From positions 420,001 through 452,000 of the forward strand of contig NZ_CP011391.1 in NCBI RefSeq assembly GCF_001564455.1: a DNA stretch of 32,000 nucleotides, in the 5' to 3' direction. The notes beneath the pieces were generated by a model. The model saw nothing but the letters and a program-made list of their open reading frames with translations, did no database searches and was not told the DNA's origin. The DNA comes from Faecalibaculum rodentium (GTDB lineage Bacteria; Bacillota_I; Bacilli_A; Erysipelotrichales; Erysipelotrichaceae). Made by a program: the position numbers and the translations under genes. Shown one piece after another: positions 1 through 8,808 of this stretch (within the stretch, counting starts at the first letter, position 1; each line of letters begins with the position of its first letter).

Positions 1-1211
1 TGTATCGTCTGGGCTGTGCCATCACGGTTCCTGACGTAAACACCACCGATCTGGTCGCGGGCCTGGGTGACAATTCCCTGTTTGCGATGCTGAACCTGCT
101 GGGAGGAGGGGGCCTGGAACAGTTCTCTGTTTTTGCCCTCGGTGTCACTCCCTATATTACGGCCAGCATCATTATTCAGCTGCTGAGCATGGATGTTATC
201 CCGAGCCTGACCGAGCTTTCAAAATCCGGCGCCAACGGACGGAAGAAGCTTGACAAATACACGAGATATCTGGCGGTGGTCTTCGGCTTTGTTCAGTCGA
301 TGTCCCTGGTCTACGGGTTTTCACAAAGTTACCCTGGCCTGATCGTCGGCGGTGTCAGCCCGGCCAAACTGCTGTATATCTCCACCATTTTCACTGCAGG
401 CACTATGTTCCTTGTCTGGATCGGCGACCAGATTTCGGTCAAGGGCATCGGCAACGGTATTTCCATGGTCATCATGGCGGGAATCGTGGGCAGAATGCCC
501 CAGCAGTTCTCCGCTGCATGGACAAGTCTTGCCGGCGGTGAAGCGGCCAGCGGCCTCTGGCTGTTTGCGGCCTATGTGCTGTTCTACCTGGTGATCATCG
601 TCTTCGTCACCCTGATCAACACGGCAGAACTCAAAATACCCATCCAGTACACATCCAGTTCCCTGGCCATTCAGAAGAGCACGAAGATGAACTATCTTCC
701 CCTGAAGGTCAATTCTGCCAGCGTGATCCCCGTCATCTTTGCACAGTCCCTGATGATGGCCCCGCTGCAGATCGCATCGTTCTTTCCCGCGAAGGACTGG
801 ATGACGACGATGAACAGCTGGCTGGGTATGAAAACCTGGTATTCTCTGACGATTTATGTGGTTCTGATCATTCTGTTCACATTCTTCTATACGAAGATGC
901 AGATCAATCCCGAGAAAGTCGCGGAGAACCTGGGCAAGTCAGGTGCATACATTCCCAGTGTGAGACCCGGAAAACAGACCGAGGACTACATCAACAAGGT
1001 TCTGTCCCGGATCACGGTCCTGGGTGCCCTGTGTCTGGCTGTGATTGCGGTCCTGCCGCATCTGATGCCGCTTGTATGGCCTGAAATGCCCGGTTCCATG
1101 GCAATCGGCGGAACCGGCATGATCATCGTCGTGGGTGTGGCCCTGGAAACTGTCCGTCAGGTACAGGGGCTGATCACCCAGAAGTCCTACAAGAATTACT
1201 TCGAAGAGTAG
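1..1211 (+). CDS. secY: Preprotein translocase subunit SecY (5' end lies upstream of the window)
   Basis: Frame 3 is open from nt 3 (YRLGCAITVPDVNTTDLVAGLGDNSLFAM...), so ATG 87 in the ORF track is internal. The protein is polytopic and hydrophobic with SecY-like segments (LGVTPYITASIIIQLL, GNGISMVIMAGIV, GGTGMIIVVGVALET). It sits directly upstream of adk, as in spc operons. Confidence 0.95.
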   Translation, partial: YRLGCAITVPDVNTTDLVAGLGDNSLFAMLNLLGGGGLEQFSVFALGVTPYITASIIIQLLSMDVIPSLTELSKSGANGRKKLDKYTRYLAVVFGFVQSMSLVYGFSQSYPGLIVGGVSPAKLLYISTIFTAGTMFLVWIGDQISVKGIGNGISMVIMAGIVGRMPQQFSAAWTSLAGGEAASGLWLFAAYVLFYLVIIVFVTLINTAELKIPIQYTSSSLAIQKSTKMNYLPLKVNSASVIPVIFAQSLMMAPLQIASFFPAKDWMTTMNSWLGMKTWYSLTIYVVLIILFTFFYTKMQINPEKVAENLGKSGAYIPSVRPGKQTEDYINKVLSRITVLGALCLAVIAVLPHLMPLVWPEMPGSMAIGGTGMIIVVGVALETVRQVQGLITQKSYKNYFEE

Positions 1212-1222
1212 AAGGGAAAGAC

Positions 1223-1873
1223 ATGAACATCTTCATTATGGGAGCCCCGGGTTCCGGAAAAGGAACCTTCTCCAGCCGCATCAGGGATACATACAATCTC
1301 AACCATATCTCCACCGGTGACATCTTCCGGGAGAACATCTCGAAGGGAACACCGCTGGGTCAGCAGGCCAGACAGTATTCTGAAAAAGGTCTGCTGGTTC
1401 CGGATGAAATCACCAATGCGATGGTGGCCGACTACCTCCGGAATCTTCCGGACAGGAAAAACGGCTATCTGCTGGACGGCTATCCCAGGACTCTCGCCCA
1501 GGCGAAGGCCTTTGAAGAACTCACGGCAGGAACGGCGGACGCTCCGGATCTCGTTCTTTCCATGGATGTCCCCTTCGATGTGCTGACAAAGCGCATCACC
1601 GGGCGCAGAACGTGCAGCAAATGCGGTGCCATCTATAATATATATACGAAGGCACCTGCGGCCGAGGGCATCTGCGATGCATGCGGCACAGAGCTGTCGC
1701 AGCGCAAGGACGACAATGAGGAGAGCCTGAAGGTGCGGCTGAATGAATATGCAGCCAACACCGAACCTGTTATTGACTACTACGCTTCCAGAGATATGGT
1801 CGAGCGTGTGAATGCAGACCGTCCCATCGAAGAAATCTGGTCGGATGTACAGGAGATCCTGAACAGCAAATAA
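1223..1873 (+). CDS. adk: Adenylate kinase (Zn-lid type)
   Basis: 216 aa. P-loop GAPGSGKGT near the N-terminus, LLDGYPRT motif, and a lid with CSKC...CDAC. AAGGGAAAG Shine-Dalgarno-like sequence just upstream. Canonical position after secY. Confidence 0.95.
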   Translation: MNIFIMGAPGSGKGTFSSRIRDTYNLNHISTGDIFRENISKGTPLGQQARQYSEKGLLVPDEITNAMVADYLRNLPDRKNGYLLDGYPRTLAQAKAFEELTAGTADAPDLVLSMDVPFDVLTKRITGRRTCSKCGAIYNIYTKAPAAEGICDACGTELSQRKDDNEESLKVRLNEYAANTEPVIDYYASRDMVERVNADRPIEEIWSDVQEILNSK

Positions 1874-1892
1874 CTGACCGGGTGGCAAAAAC

Positions 1893-1921
1893 TTGAAATC
1901 CAGATAAATTGCGCTTATACT
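1893..1921 (+). promoter_or_regulatory. Candidate sigma-70-type promoter for rpmJ-rpsM-rpsK-rpoA-rplQ
   Basis: TTGAAA (1893-1898), N17, TATACT (1916-1921). It would give a leader of about 105 nt before rpmJ. Confidence 0.5.
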
Positions 1922-1945
1922 ATATAAGCGCATTTATTTGCGTTT
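1911..1945 (+). terminator. Hairpin after adk (possible weak terminator, overlaps the -10 above)
   Basis: GCGCTTATA-cta-TATAAGCGC (9-bp stem, 1911-1931) followed by ATTTATTTGCGTTT. Confidence 0.4.
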
Positions 1946-2034
1946 ATACATTCACGTTTCTGCTGCAATCCGCATTTGCATCGTAAAATACGCATTCCAG
2001 CAGGGGACAATACGTGATCACAGGAGGAACAGAT

Positions 2035-2151
2035 ATGAAAGTAAGACCGTCTGTAAAACCGATCTGCGATAAATGCCGGGTTATCCGCCGCAAGGGCCGG
2101 GTCATGGTGATCTGTGAAAACCCGAAACACAAGCAGAGACAGGGAAACTAG
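2035..2151 (+). CDS. rpmJ: 50S ribosomal protein L36
   Basis: Below the ORF-track length cutoff and found by hand. AGGAGG at 2022-2027, ATG at 2035, translation [41 protein letters not shown] at 2149-2151. C-x2-C...C-x4-H zinc-ribbon form. Immediately precedes rpsM. Confidence 0.9.
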   Translation: MKVRPSVKPICDKCRVIRRKGRVMVICENPKHKQRQGN

Positions 2152-2160
2152 GAGGAAACA

Positions 2161-2526
2161 ATGGCACGAATTGCAGGAGTAGACATCCCCAACGACAAGA
2201 GAGCTGTCATTTCGCTCACTTACATTTACGGTATCGGCCGCACAACGGCATCCGATATCCTGAAGGCTGCCGGGATCAGCGAAGACAAGCGCATCAAGGA
2301 TCTGACAGAAGCCGAACTGAACACCATTCGTAAAGAAGTCGACAAGATCAAGGTTGAAGGCGATCTGCGCCGTGAAGTACAGCTGAACATCAAGCGTCTG
2401 ATGGAAATCGGCTGCTACCGTGGCATCCGTCACCGGAAGGGTCTGCCTGTTCGCGGACAGCGCACCAAGACCAACGCACGGACCCGCAAGGGCAAGGCAA
2501 AGACAGTCGCAAACAAGAAGAAGTAG
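2161..2526 (+). CDS. rpsM: 30S ribosomal protein S13
   Basis: 121 aa. [14 protein letters not shown]... and the basic C-terminal tail are classic S13. GGAGG upstream. Confidence 0.97.
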   Translation: MARIAGVDIPNDKRAVISLTYIYGIGRTTASDILKAAGISEDKRIKDLTEAELNTIRKEVDKIKVEGDLRREVQLNIKRLMEIGCYRGIRHRKGLPVRGQRTKTNARTRKGKAKTVANKKK

Positions 2527-2539
2527 GTGAGGAGCAGAA

Positions 2540-2932
2540 ATGGCTAAAGTACAGAGAAGGACAGGAAAACGCCGGGCACGCAAGAATATCGCCCGCGGCG
2601 TAGCTCACATCCACTCCACGTTCAACAACACGATCGTCACGATCACGGATGAGAACGGAAACGCTGTGAGCTGGAGCTCTGCCGGAGCTCTGGGCTTCAA
2701 GGGAAGCCGCAAAAGCACCCCGTATGCCGCACAGCTGGCAGCGGAAGCAGCCGGCAAGGCCGCTATGGACCATGGCATGAAGACCGTGGCAGTCGAAGTC
2801 AAGGGACCTGGTCCCGGACGTGAAGCTGCTGTTCGTGCACTGCAGGTGGCAGGTCTGGATATCACGATGATCAACGACGTGACTCCGATTCCCCACAACG
2901 GCTGCCGCCCGCCGAAGCGTCCCCGCGGATAA
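2540..2932 (+). CDS. rpsK: 30S ribosomal protein S11
   Basis: 130 aa. [18 protein letters not shown] and the C-terminal [17 protein letters not shown] are S11 signatures. Confidence 0.97.
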   Translation: MAKVQRRTGKRRARKNIARGVAHIHSTFNNTIVTITDENGNAVSWSSAGALGFKGSRKSTPYAAQLAAEAAGKAAMDHGMKTVAVEVKGPGPGREAAVRALQVAGLDITMINDVTPIPHNGCRPPKRPRG

Positions 2933-2965
2933 GATATTTAACATGACACAAGAGGAGGTGTCCGC

Positions 2966-3919
2966 ATGAATACGTTTAAGATCGACACCCTGGAGACCAG
3001 CCAGACTTCCGGATCGTTTCGAATGAGCCCGCTGCCGGATCATTTCGGCATCACTCTGGGCAACGCCCTGCGGCGTGTACTGTTATCCGCAGTGCCGGGA
3101 GGTGCTGTGTTCTCGATTCGGATCGACGGCGTATTCCATGAATTCACCGGCATCAAAGGCGTGACGGAAGATGTTGCACAGATCATTCTGCAGATCAAAC
3201 AGCTGATCCTGAAGATTGACATCAATGACAATGACATCTACAAACTGCGCATCAATGCGGTGGGTCCGTGCACGGTCACGGCCGGTGACATCGAATGTCC
3301 CGAAGGTGTGGAGGTCCTCAACAAGGATCTGCCCATCTGCACCCTGGCACAGGGGGGGTCCATCAACATTGAGATGCAGGCCCGGCTGGGACGCGGCTAT
3401 GTAGGTGCCGAAACCAACAAGCACATCTACCAGAATGACGGACAGCCTCTTGGAATTATTTATACAGACGCTTTGTATTCACCGGTGAAACGCGTCGCCT
3501 ACAAAAGCGAGCCGGAACTGGATGAAGCAGGCGCTGCGTATGACACACTGACGATGGAAATCGACACAGACGGAACACTGAGCCCGGAAGAAGCGCTTTC
3601 CATCGCCTCGAAAATCCTCAGGGATCACCTGGCGATTCTTCAGAACCTGGATGAAGCAGTTGTGGACAACCCCGCAGCAGTGGAAACCGTCACTGAAGAA
3701 ACATCATCCGGACTGCAGCACAAGCTCATCGAAGACCTGGAACTGTCGGTTCGTTCCTATAACTGCCTCAAGCGGGCAGGCATTACCACGGTGGAGGAAC
3801 TGATCGACAAGACCGAAGACGAACTGATGCATGTACGGAATCTGGGTAAAAAATCCCTGAAGGAAGTCAAAGAAAAAATCTACTCCCTTGGACTCAGCTT
3901 CAAGGCGGGCAACGAATAA
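2966..3919 (+). CDS. rpoA: DNA-directed RNA polymerase subunit alpha
   Basis: 317 aa. N-terminal GNALRRVLLS motif and C-terminal domain LELSVRSYNCLKRAGITTVEELI...L..VRNLGKKSLKEV. Position between rpsK and rplQ. Confidence 0.95.
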   Translation: MNTFKIDTLETSQTSGSFRMSPLPDHFGITLGNALRRVLLSAVPGGAVFSIRIDGVFHEFTGIKGVTEDVAQIILQIKQLILKIDINDNDIYKLRINAVGPCTVTAGDIECPEGVEVLNKDLPICTLAQGGSINIEMQARLGRGYVGAETNKHIYQNDGQPLGIIYTDALYSPVKRVAYKSEPELDEAGAAYDTLTMEIDTDGTLSPEEALSIASKILRDHLAILQNLDEAVVDNPAAVETVTEETSSGLQHKLIEDLELSVRSYNCLKRAGITTVEELIDKTEDELMHVRNLGKKSLKEVKEKIYSLGLSFKAGNE

Positions 3920-3934
3920 AACAGGAGGAACACC

Positions 3935-4297
3935 ATGAGAAACCGCAAGCTCGGACGGACCAGCGATCACCGCAAGGCTCTGCTGAGAAATATGGCTACC
4001 TCGCTGATCGAAAACGGTCAGCTTGAAACTACGGAGATGAAGGCGAAAGAGCTCAGCGCTGTCATGGACGGCCTGGTGACTCTGGCAAAGAAAGGCGATC
4101 TGGCTGCACGCCGTCAGGCCGCTGCCTTTGTCCGCGACGTAGAGGTAGACGAAGCCGGAACAACGGCTCTCCAGAAGCTTTTCAACGAAATCGGTCCGGC
4201 GTTCGCTGACCGCAACGGCGGCTACACCCGTGTCATCAAGACCCGGATCCGTCGTGGCGATGCAGCTCCGATGGCCATCGTGGAATTCGTGAAGTAA
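3935..4297 (+). CDS. rplQ: 50S ribosomal protein L17
   Basis: 120 aa. [25 protein letters not shown]... and GGYTRV motifs. AGGAGG upstream. Confidence 0.95.
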   Translation: MRNRKLGRTSDHRKALLRNMATSLIENGQLETTEMKAKELSAVMDGLVTLAKKGDLAARRQAAAFVRDVEVDEAGTTALQKLFNEIGPAFADRNGGYTRVIKTRIRRGDAAPMAIVEFVK

Positions 4298-4318
4298 CAC
4301 CCGTTACTTCACTTTTTT
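4289..4318 (+). terminator. Intrinsic terminator of the alpha operon (includes the rplQ stop codon)
   Basis: GTGAAGTAA-cacccg-TTACTTCAC (9-bp stem) followed by TTTTTT. Confidence 0.75.
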
Positions 4319-4342
4319 CATACATCAGAAGCGTTTACTGTT

Positions 4343-4915
4343 ATGAAAGACAGTCTTGAAATCACGAAGGAAGCCGTTGTGGGGATGGTTCCTGTCATGG
4401 AGGCAGAGGGCCTTGAAGAACTTGCGGCCCTGGCCAAGGCAAACAACTGCCGGACCATGCTGGAAATCGGGACAGCCGTTGCCCGCACTGCTGTCTACAT
4501 GGCAGAACAGGGGCTCACGGTCACGACCATTGAACGGGACCCGGACATGATCTGGCAGGCACGCAGAAACATTGCGGAAAGCGGACAGTCTGTCCGGCTT
4601 GTGGAAGCCGATGCCCGGGAGGCGGACATACGGGGTACCTTCGACCTGATTTTCATCGATGCTGCAAAAAGCCAGTACAGGAGGTTCTTTGAACGCTATG
4701 CACCACTGTTGTCGGAACATGGTATCATTGTGACTGACAACATGAAGTTTCACGGCATGGTGGATCATCCGGAACGGACACAGAACCGGCATACCAGAGG
4801 ACTGATCCGGCGTCTGCGGGAATACCGGCAGTACCTGGAATCACTGGAGGACTGGGAAACAGAATTTCTGGATGACAGGGGCGATGGAATCGCCGTATCA
4901 AGGAGGAAACGATGA
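4343..4915 (+). CDS. Class I SAM-dependent O-methyltransferase (family 3, YrrM/TrmR-like)
   Basis: 190 aa. SAM-binding LEIGTAVARTAVYMA and DLIFIDAAKSQY motifs typical of family-3 O-methyltransferases. The N-terminus looks short for the family. No clear Shine-Dalgarno sequence before ATG 4343; the alternative in-frame start ATG 4385 is preceded by GAAGGAAG. Confidence 0.75.
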   Translation: MKDSLEITKEAVVGMVPVMEAEGLEELAALAKANNCRTMLEIGTAVARTAVYMAEQGLTVTTIERDPDMIWQARRNIAESGQSVRLVEADAREADIRGTFDLIFIDAAKSQYRRFFERYAPLLSEHGIIVTDNMKFHGMVDHPERTQNRHTRGLIRRLREYRQYLESLEDWETEFLDDRGDGIAVSRRKR

Positions 4916-5325
4916 ACTGGTTCAGATTTGCGCTGGCGGCGGCCGGCATTGCAGCAGGAGCAGCGGCAGTGGCTGCATCGATCGTCAAGAAGGAAGAAGA
5001 CCGGGAGATGGATGATTACCTCATGTCCGATCCGGATGTCGAAGAGGAAGTCATCTGCATGCCTGAACGCATTCAGATGGATGCGGAGGCATGGAAAAAC
5101 CTGGATGATGATTCGCTTCCTGTCCGGATCTCCTACGCAGTGGAAGATGCAGAGACGGCAGCGATGGCACAGGAACTCCTGGCAGCAGGCGGATACTCCA
5201 GTAGTATGGACACCGAAGCCGGTGTGCTGGATGTTCTGTATACCCAGGAACAGCCTGTGGATGTCCTGGTGGATTGCGCAGGGCTGGATGGCGTACTCTA
5301 CACCGGTTACTGCATTGCGGAATAA
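4912..5325 (+). CDS. Hypothetical membrane-anchored acidic protein
   Basis: 137 aa. AGGAGG at 4901-4906, and ATG 4912 overlaps the upstream stop (ATGA). One N-terminal hydrophobic helix (FALAAAGIAAGAAAVAASIV) followed by an Asp/Glu-rich soluble part. GC3-rich like its neighbours and followed by a terminator hairpin. I recognise no family. Confidence 0.6.
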   Translation: MNWFRFALAAAGIAAGAAAVAASIVKKEEDREMDDYLMSDPDVEEEVICMPERIQMDAEAWKNLDDDSLPVRISYAVEDAETAAMAQELLAAGGYSSSMDTEAGVLDVLYTQEQPVDVLVDCAGLDGVLYTGYCIAE

Positions 5326-5334
5326 ATATGATAC

Positions 5335-5356
5335 AGGGACGCGCGAGCGTCCTTTT
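5335..5356 (+). terminator. Intrinsic terminator after the 137-aa gene
   Basis: GGACGC-gcga-GCGTCC (GNRA-like loop) followed by TTTT. Confidence 0.55.
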
Positions 5357-5422
5357 CGATTACAGCAGACATCCGGAATGACTTCCCTTTGATAAGATAA
5401 CGCAGGCATTACGCAAACAGGA

Positions 5423-5451
5423 TTCGCACAACTCAATGAAAATGATATTAT
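5423..5451 (+). promoter_or_regulatory. Candidate promoter for the ecfA1-ecfA2-ecfT-truA operon
   Basis: TTCGCA, N17, TATTAT with an extended -10 TG (TGaTATTAT, 5443-5451). Confidence 0.45.
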
Positions 5452-5472
5452 CGAAAGCATGGGAGGAACCGC

Positions 5473-6306
5473 ATGACCAAAGATACAAACGGCAGGGACG
5501 CAGTGAGTGTTCGCGACCTGACCTTTTCATACGATGGCGAAACAGATGTGCTCAAGGGCATTTCCTTCGACATCCCCCAGGGCAGCTATACGGCTGTCAT
5601 CGGCCACAATGGATCGGGGAAGTCCACGCTGGCCAAACTCCTCATCGGTCTGCTTGCCGCAAAATCCGGAACGATCCGCATCCTGGGACAGGAGCTCAAC
5701 GAAGAAACCGTGTATGACATCCGCAACCGGACGGGCATAGTGTTTCAGAACCCGGACAACCAGTTCATCGGCAGCACCGTGGCAGATGACATCGCCTTCG
5801 GGCTGGAAAACCGCTGCATTCCGCAAAACGAGATGCAGGGTCTGATCGAGACCGCCGCTGCACAGGTCGGGATGACGAAGTTCCTGGAGTCCGAACCGAC
5901 AAAGCTCTCCGGCGGCCAGAAGCAGAGAGTGGCCATTGCAGGGATCCTGGCGGTGGCACCGGACATCATCATCTTCGATGAATCCACCAGCATGCTCGAT
6001 CCCCGGGGCAAGAAGGCCATCAACGAAGAGATCCGCCGGCTGCATGAAGAACGGGATATCACGATTCTGTCCATCACCCATGATATGGAGGAAGTGGCAC
6101 AGAGCGACAACGTTCTGGTGCTCCGGGATGGAACCATTGCCATGACCGGCACGCCGCGGGAAGTATTCAGCCGTGAGCGGGAGCTGAAGGAAATGGACCT
6201 GGATGTTCCCTTTGCATGGAAAATCACAGAGGAGCTCATGAAACTCGGGCTGGCGGATCACCCGGCCCTGAATCTGGAGGAGGCAGCGGAAGAACTATGT
6301 CGATAG
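5473..6306 (+). CDS. ecfA1: ECF transporter ATPase subunit EcfA1
   Basis: 277 aa. Walker A GHNGSGKST, signature LSGGQKQRVAIAG, Walker B IIIFDEST. GGAGG at 5461-5465. First of two tandem ABC ATPases followed by ecfT. Confidence 0.9.
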   Translation: MTKDTNGRDAVSVRDLTFSYDGETDVLKGISFDIPQGSYTAVIGHNGSGKSTLAKLLIGLLAAKSGTIRILGQELNEETVYDIRNRTGIVFQNPDNQFIGSTVADDIAFGLENRCIPQNEMQGLIETAAAQVGMTKFLESEPTKLSGGQKQRVAIAGILAVAPDIIIFDESTSMLDPRGKKAINEEIRRLHEERDITILSITHDMEEVAQSDNVLVLRDGTIAMTGTPREVFSRERELKEMDLDVPFAWKITEELMKLGLADHPALNLEEAAEELCR

Positions 6307-7193
6307 AAGCCAGAAACCTGGGCCATGTGTATAGCCCGGACACGCCCTTTGCCTATCAGGCACTGGATGGCGCCAGCGTCAGGATCCCGGAGGGGAAAAT
6401 GACGGCGATCATAGGACAGACAGGCAGTGGAAAATCCACGTTTGTGCAGCACCTCAATGGTCTGCTGGTGCCGACTGCCGGGGAACTGGAGGTCCTGGGC
6501 CGCAAAATCCTGCCGGGGATGAAAATCAAAGACCTGAAGGAACTCCGCCGGCAGGTCGGACTTGTGTTTCAGTTTCCGGAATACCAGCTCTTCGAGGAGA
6601 CCATTGGCCGGGACATCGCATTCGGTCCCAAAAACTTCGGGGTCAGTGAAGAAGATGCCCTGGAGCAGGTGAAAGCGGTTCTGCCGGTGGTGGGGCTCGA
6701 TGAATCGTATCTCGAGCGGAGTCCCTTCGATCTTTCCGGCGGCCAGAAGCGCCGTGTGGCCATCGCCGGGATCCTGGTGCTGGATCCGGAGGTTCTGGTG
6801 CTGGATGAACCCGCTGCGGGTCTGGATCCACAGGGGGCCAAAGAGATGATGGAACTGTTTGCGGACCTGAACATCAAGGCCGGAAAGACCGTGCTCCTTG
6901 TTACGCATGACATGGAACATGTGCTGAAATACTGTGACCATGTCATTGTCATGGACCAGGGGAAAGTCGCGCGGGAGGCGGATGTGGATGAGTTTTTCTC
7001 GCACCCGGAATGGCTGGAGGCCATCGGCATCGACCCTCCGGGCATCGTCCGGCTGCAGCTCAGGCTCCGGGAGCGGGGTATGGACCTGGGACCCATCCGA
7101 CTCCGGGACCGGGACCTGATCGAAGCTGTGCGTGACTGGAAAAAAGACCATGATACCGGAACACAGCAGGACACAGAGGTGACGGGCAAATGA
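6297..7193 (+). CDS. ecfA2: ECF transporter ATPase subunit EcfA2
   Basis: Start moved to ATG 6297 (MSIEARNLGHVY...), with GGAGGAGG at 6277-6284. It overlaps the ecfA1 stop by 10 nt. Walker A GQTGSGKST, LSGGQKRRVAIAG, Walker B VLVLDEP. The ORF-track start at 6216 lies inside ecfA1. Confidence 0.9.
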   Translation: MSIEARNLGHVYSPDTPFAYQALDGASVRIPEGKMTAIIGQTGSGKSTFVQHLNGLLVPTAGELEVLGRKILPGMKIKDLKELRRQVGLVFQFPEYQLFEETIGRDIAFGPKNFGVSEEDALEQVKAVLPVVGLDESYLERSPFDLSGGQKRRVAIAGILVLDPEVLVLDEPAAGLDPQGAKEMMELFADLNIKAGKTVLLVTHDMEHVLKYCDHVIVMDQGKVAREADVDEFFSHPEWLEAIGIDPPGIVRLQLRLRERGMDLGPIRLRDRDLIEAVRDWKKDHDTGTQQDTEVTGK

Positions 7194-7990
7194 ACAACAT
7201 TGCACTGGGCCGCTACCTGCCGCTGAACTCCGTTGTGGACAAAATGGATCCCCGGGCGAAGATCCTCATCATGCTGCTGCTCATGATCGCGATTTTCATA
7301 CCCGCCGGGTTCTGGGGCTATCTGCTGATTTTCGCCTTCATCTGGATCGCGCTGAAGCTCTCGAAGCTGACCATCGGCTTTGCGCTCCGGAGCATGAAAC
7401 CCATGCTGTTCATGATGGTGTTCCTGCTGGTGATCAACGTGTTCGCCATCAAAACCGGAGTGCCGCTTGTGCAGTGGGGCTGGTTTTCCATTTACTCCGA
7501 TGCCATTTCACAGACGGTATATATAATAGTAAGGCTGCTGCTCATGGTGATCATCACCACGATCCTGACAGCCACCACCAAGCCGCTGGACCTCACGCTG
7601 GGAATCGAAAAGCTGCTCAAGCCCTTTGAAGTCATTGGCGTGCCTGCACATATCATTGCGATGATGATTTCCATTGCCCTGCGGTTCATCCCCACGCTGA
7701 TCGAAGAGACGCAGAGGATCATGAATGCCCAGGCCAGCCGCGGAGTGGATCTGGAGAACGGCACGCTGAAGGAAAAAATCATGGCGGTGCTTGCCCTGAT
7801 CGTTCCGCTGTTTGTCTCGGCCTTTGACCGGGCGGATCAGCTCGCCAATGCCATGGAAGCGCGGGGATATGATCCCCAGCGGGAGCGTACACGCTACAAG
7901 GTGCTGCAGATGACCGGCATCGATTACGCAGGCCTGGCTGCAGCCGCAGCAGTACTGGCCGGATGCATTGTGCTGGCACTCGTGCGATGA
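7190..7990 (+). CDS. ecfT: ECF transporter transmembrane subunit EcfT
   Basis: 266 aa polytopic protein. ATGA overlap with the ecfA2 stop. Contains the conserved EcfT coupling-helix region (ARG-type motifs: QASRGVDLE..., AMEARGY). Confidence 0.9.
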   Translation: MNNIALGRYLPLNSVVDKMDPRAKILIMLLLMIAIFIPAGFWGYLLIFAFIWIALKLSKLTIGFALRSMKPMLFMMVFLLVINVFAIKTGVPLVQWGWFSIYSDAISQTVYIIVRLLLMVIITTILTATTKPLDLTLGIEKLLKPFEVIGVPAHIIAMMISIALRFIPTLIEETQRIMNAQASRGVDLENGTLKEKIMAVLALIVPLFVSAFDRADQLANAMEARGYDPQRERTRYKVLQMTGIDYAGLAAAAAVLAGCIVLALVR

Positions 7991-8808
7991 CAGATCCGGT
8001 ATCCGGGCTGCAGCGGTTTTGTGCCCTGGTCCAGTACGATGGAACAGACTATGCAGGCTGGCAGCGTCAGGTCAACGCGCTGTCCATTCAGCAGGTGATC
8101 GAAGAGGCACTGGAAAAGCTCATGGGCAATCCGGTGCGGATCACCGCCAGCGGCCGGACCGACACCGGTGTCCATGCCCTGGGCCAGGTGTTTCATTTCG
8201 ATGCCCGGCCGGGCATCCGGTATGAAGCGGCCCTCAACACATTACTGCCCAAAGATATCCGGATCTTGGAGGTCCGCCCTGCAGCGCCTGACTTTCATGC
8301 CCGCTTTTCTGCGAGGAAAAAACGGTATGACTACTGGATGACCAGCCGCCAGCCTGACCCGTTCACCTGGCGCTACAAATGGTTCCGGCCGAAAAAACCG
8401 GATCCTGGACGCATGCGCGAGGCAGCGGCTTTCCTGCTGGGAACGCATGATTTCACCAGCTTCACGAACTGCCACCACCATCCGGACAAGAGCCTGGTGC
8501 GGACAGTGACCCGCCTGGAGATCCTGGAAGAAGGAGAGGACATTCATCTGGTGTTTGAAGGCACGGGGTTCCTCCGCTACCAGGTGCGGATGATGACCGC
8601 CGTCCTGGACGCCGCCGGCAGAGGCCGCATCGAGCCGCAGGATGTGAGGCGGATGCTGGAGATGAAGGACAAACACGCCAGCCGCTACAACGCCCCGGCC
8701 CATGGACTGTTCCTGACCAGGGTCTGGTATGATCCCGGAGCGGCAGACTGGACGAAGACTGCTGCGAAAGGCAGGATGAAAGATGATTACGAACACACAG
8801 AACCATAA
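7987..8808 (+). CDS. truA: tRNA pseudouridine(38-40) synthase TruA
   Basis: Start chosen at ATG 7987 (ATGA overlap with the ecfT stop). YDGTDYAGWQRQ and the catalytic GRTDTGVHA motif. Conserved position after ecfT. Confidence 0.9.
   Translation: MTDPVSGLQRFCALVQYDGTDYAGWQRQVNALSIQQVIEEALEKLMGNPVRITASGRTDTGVHALGQVFHFDARPGIRYEAALNTLLPKDIRILEVRPAAPDFHARFSARKKRYDYWMTSRQPDPFTWRYKWFRPKKPDPGRMREAAAFLLGTHDFTSFTNCHHHPDKSLVRTVTRLEILEEGEDIHLVFEGTGFLRYQVRMMTAVLDAAGRGRIEPQDVRRMLEMKDKHASRYNAPAHGLFLTRVWYDPGAADWTKTAAKGRMKDDYEHTEP

Noticed and set aside
5441-5455. Small GATA-t-TATC palindrome (Fur-box-like TGATATTATCG) overlapping the ecfA -10
   Set aside because: The arms are only 4 bp and it does not extend to the 7-1-7 Fur consensus. 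It is most simply explained as the AT-rich -10 element itself.
6216-6296. N-terminal extensions implied by the ORF-track starts: ecfA2 at 6216, truA at 7963, rplM at 9745, pgk at 14111, cell-wall hydrolase at 17093, binding protein at 23027, livH at 24325, CBS-ACT at 27839, lipoprotein at 30756 and the DUF3783-like gene at 30740
   Set aside because: In each case a downstream in-frame start has a proper Shine-Dalgarno sequence and/or a stop-start overlap, and it reproduces the canonical family N-terminus. The upstream extensions lie in the preceding gene or in promoter DNA.
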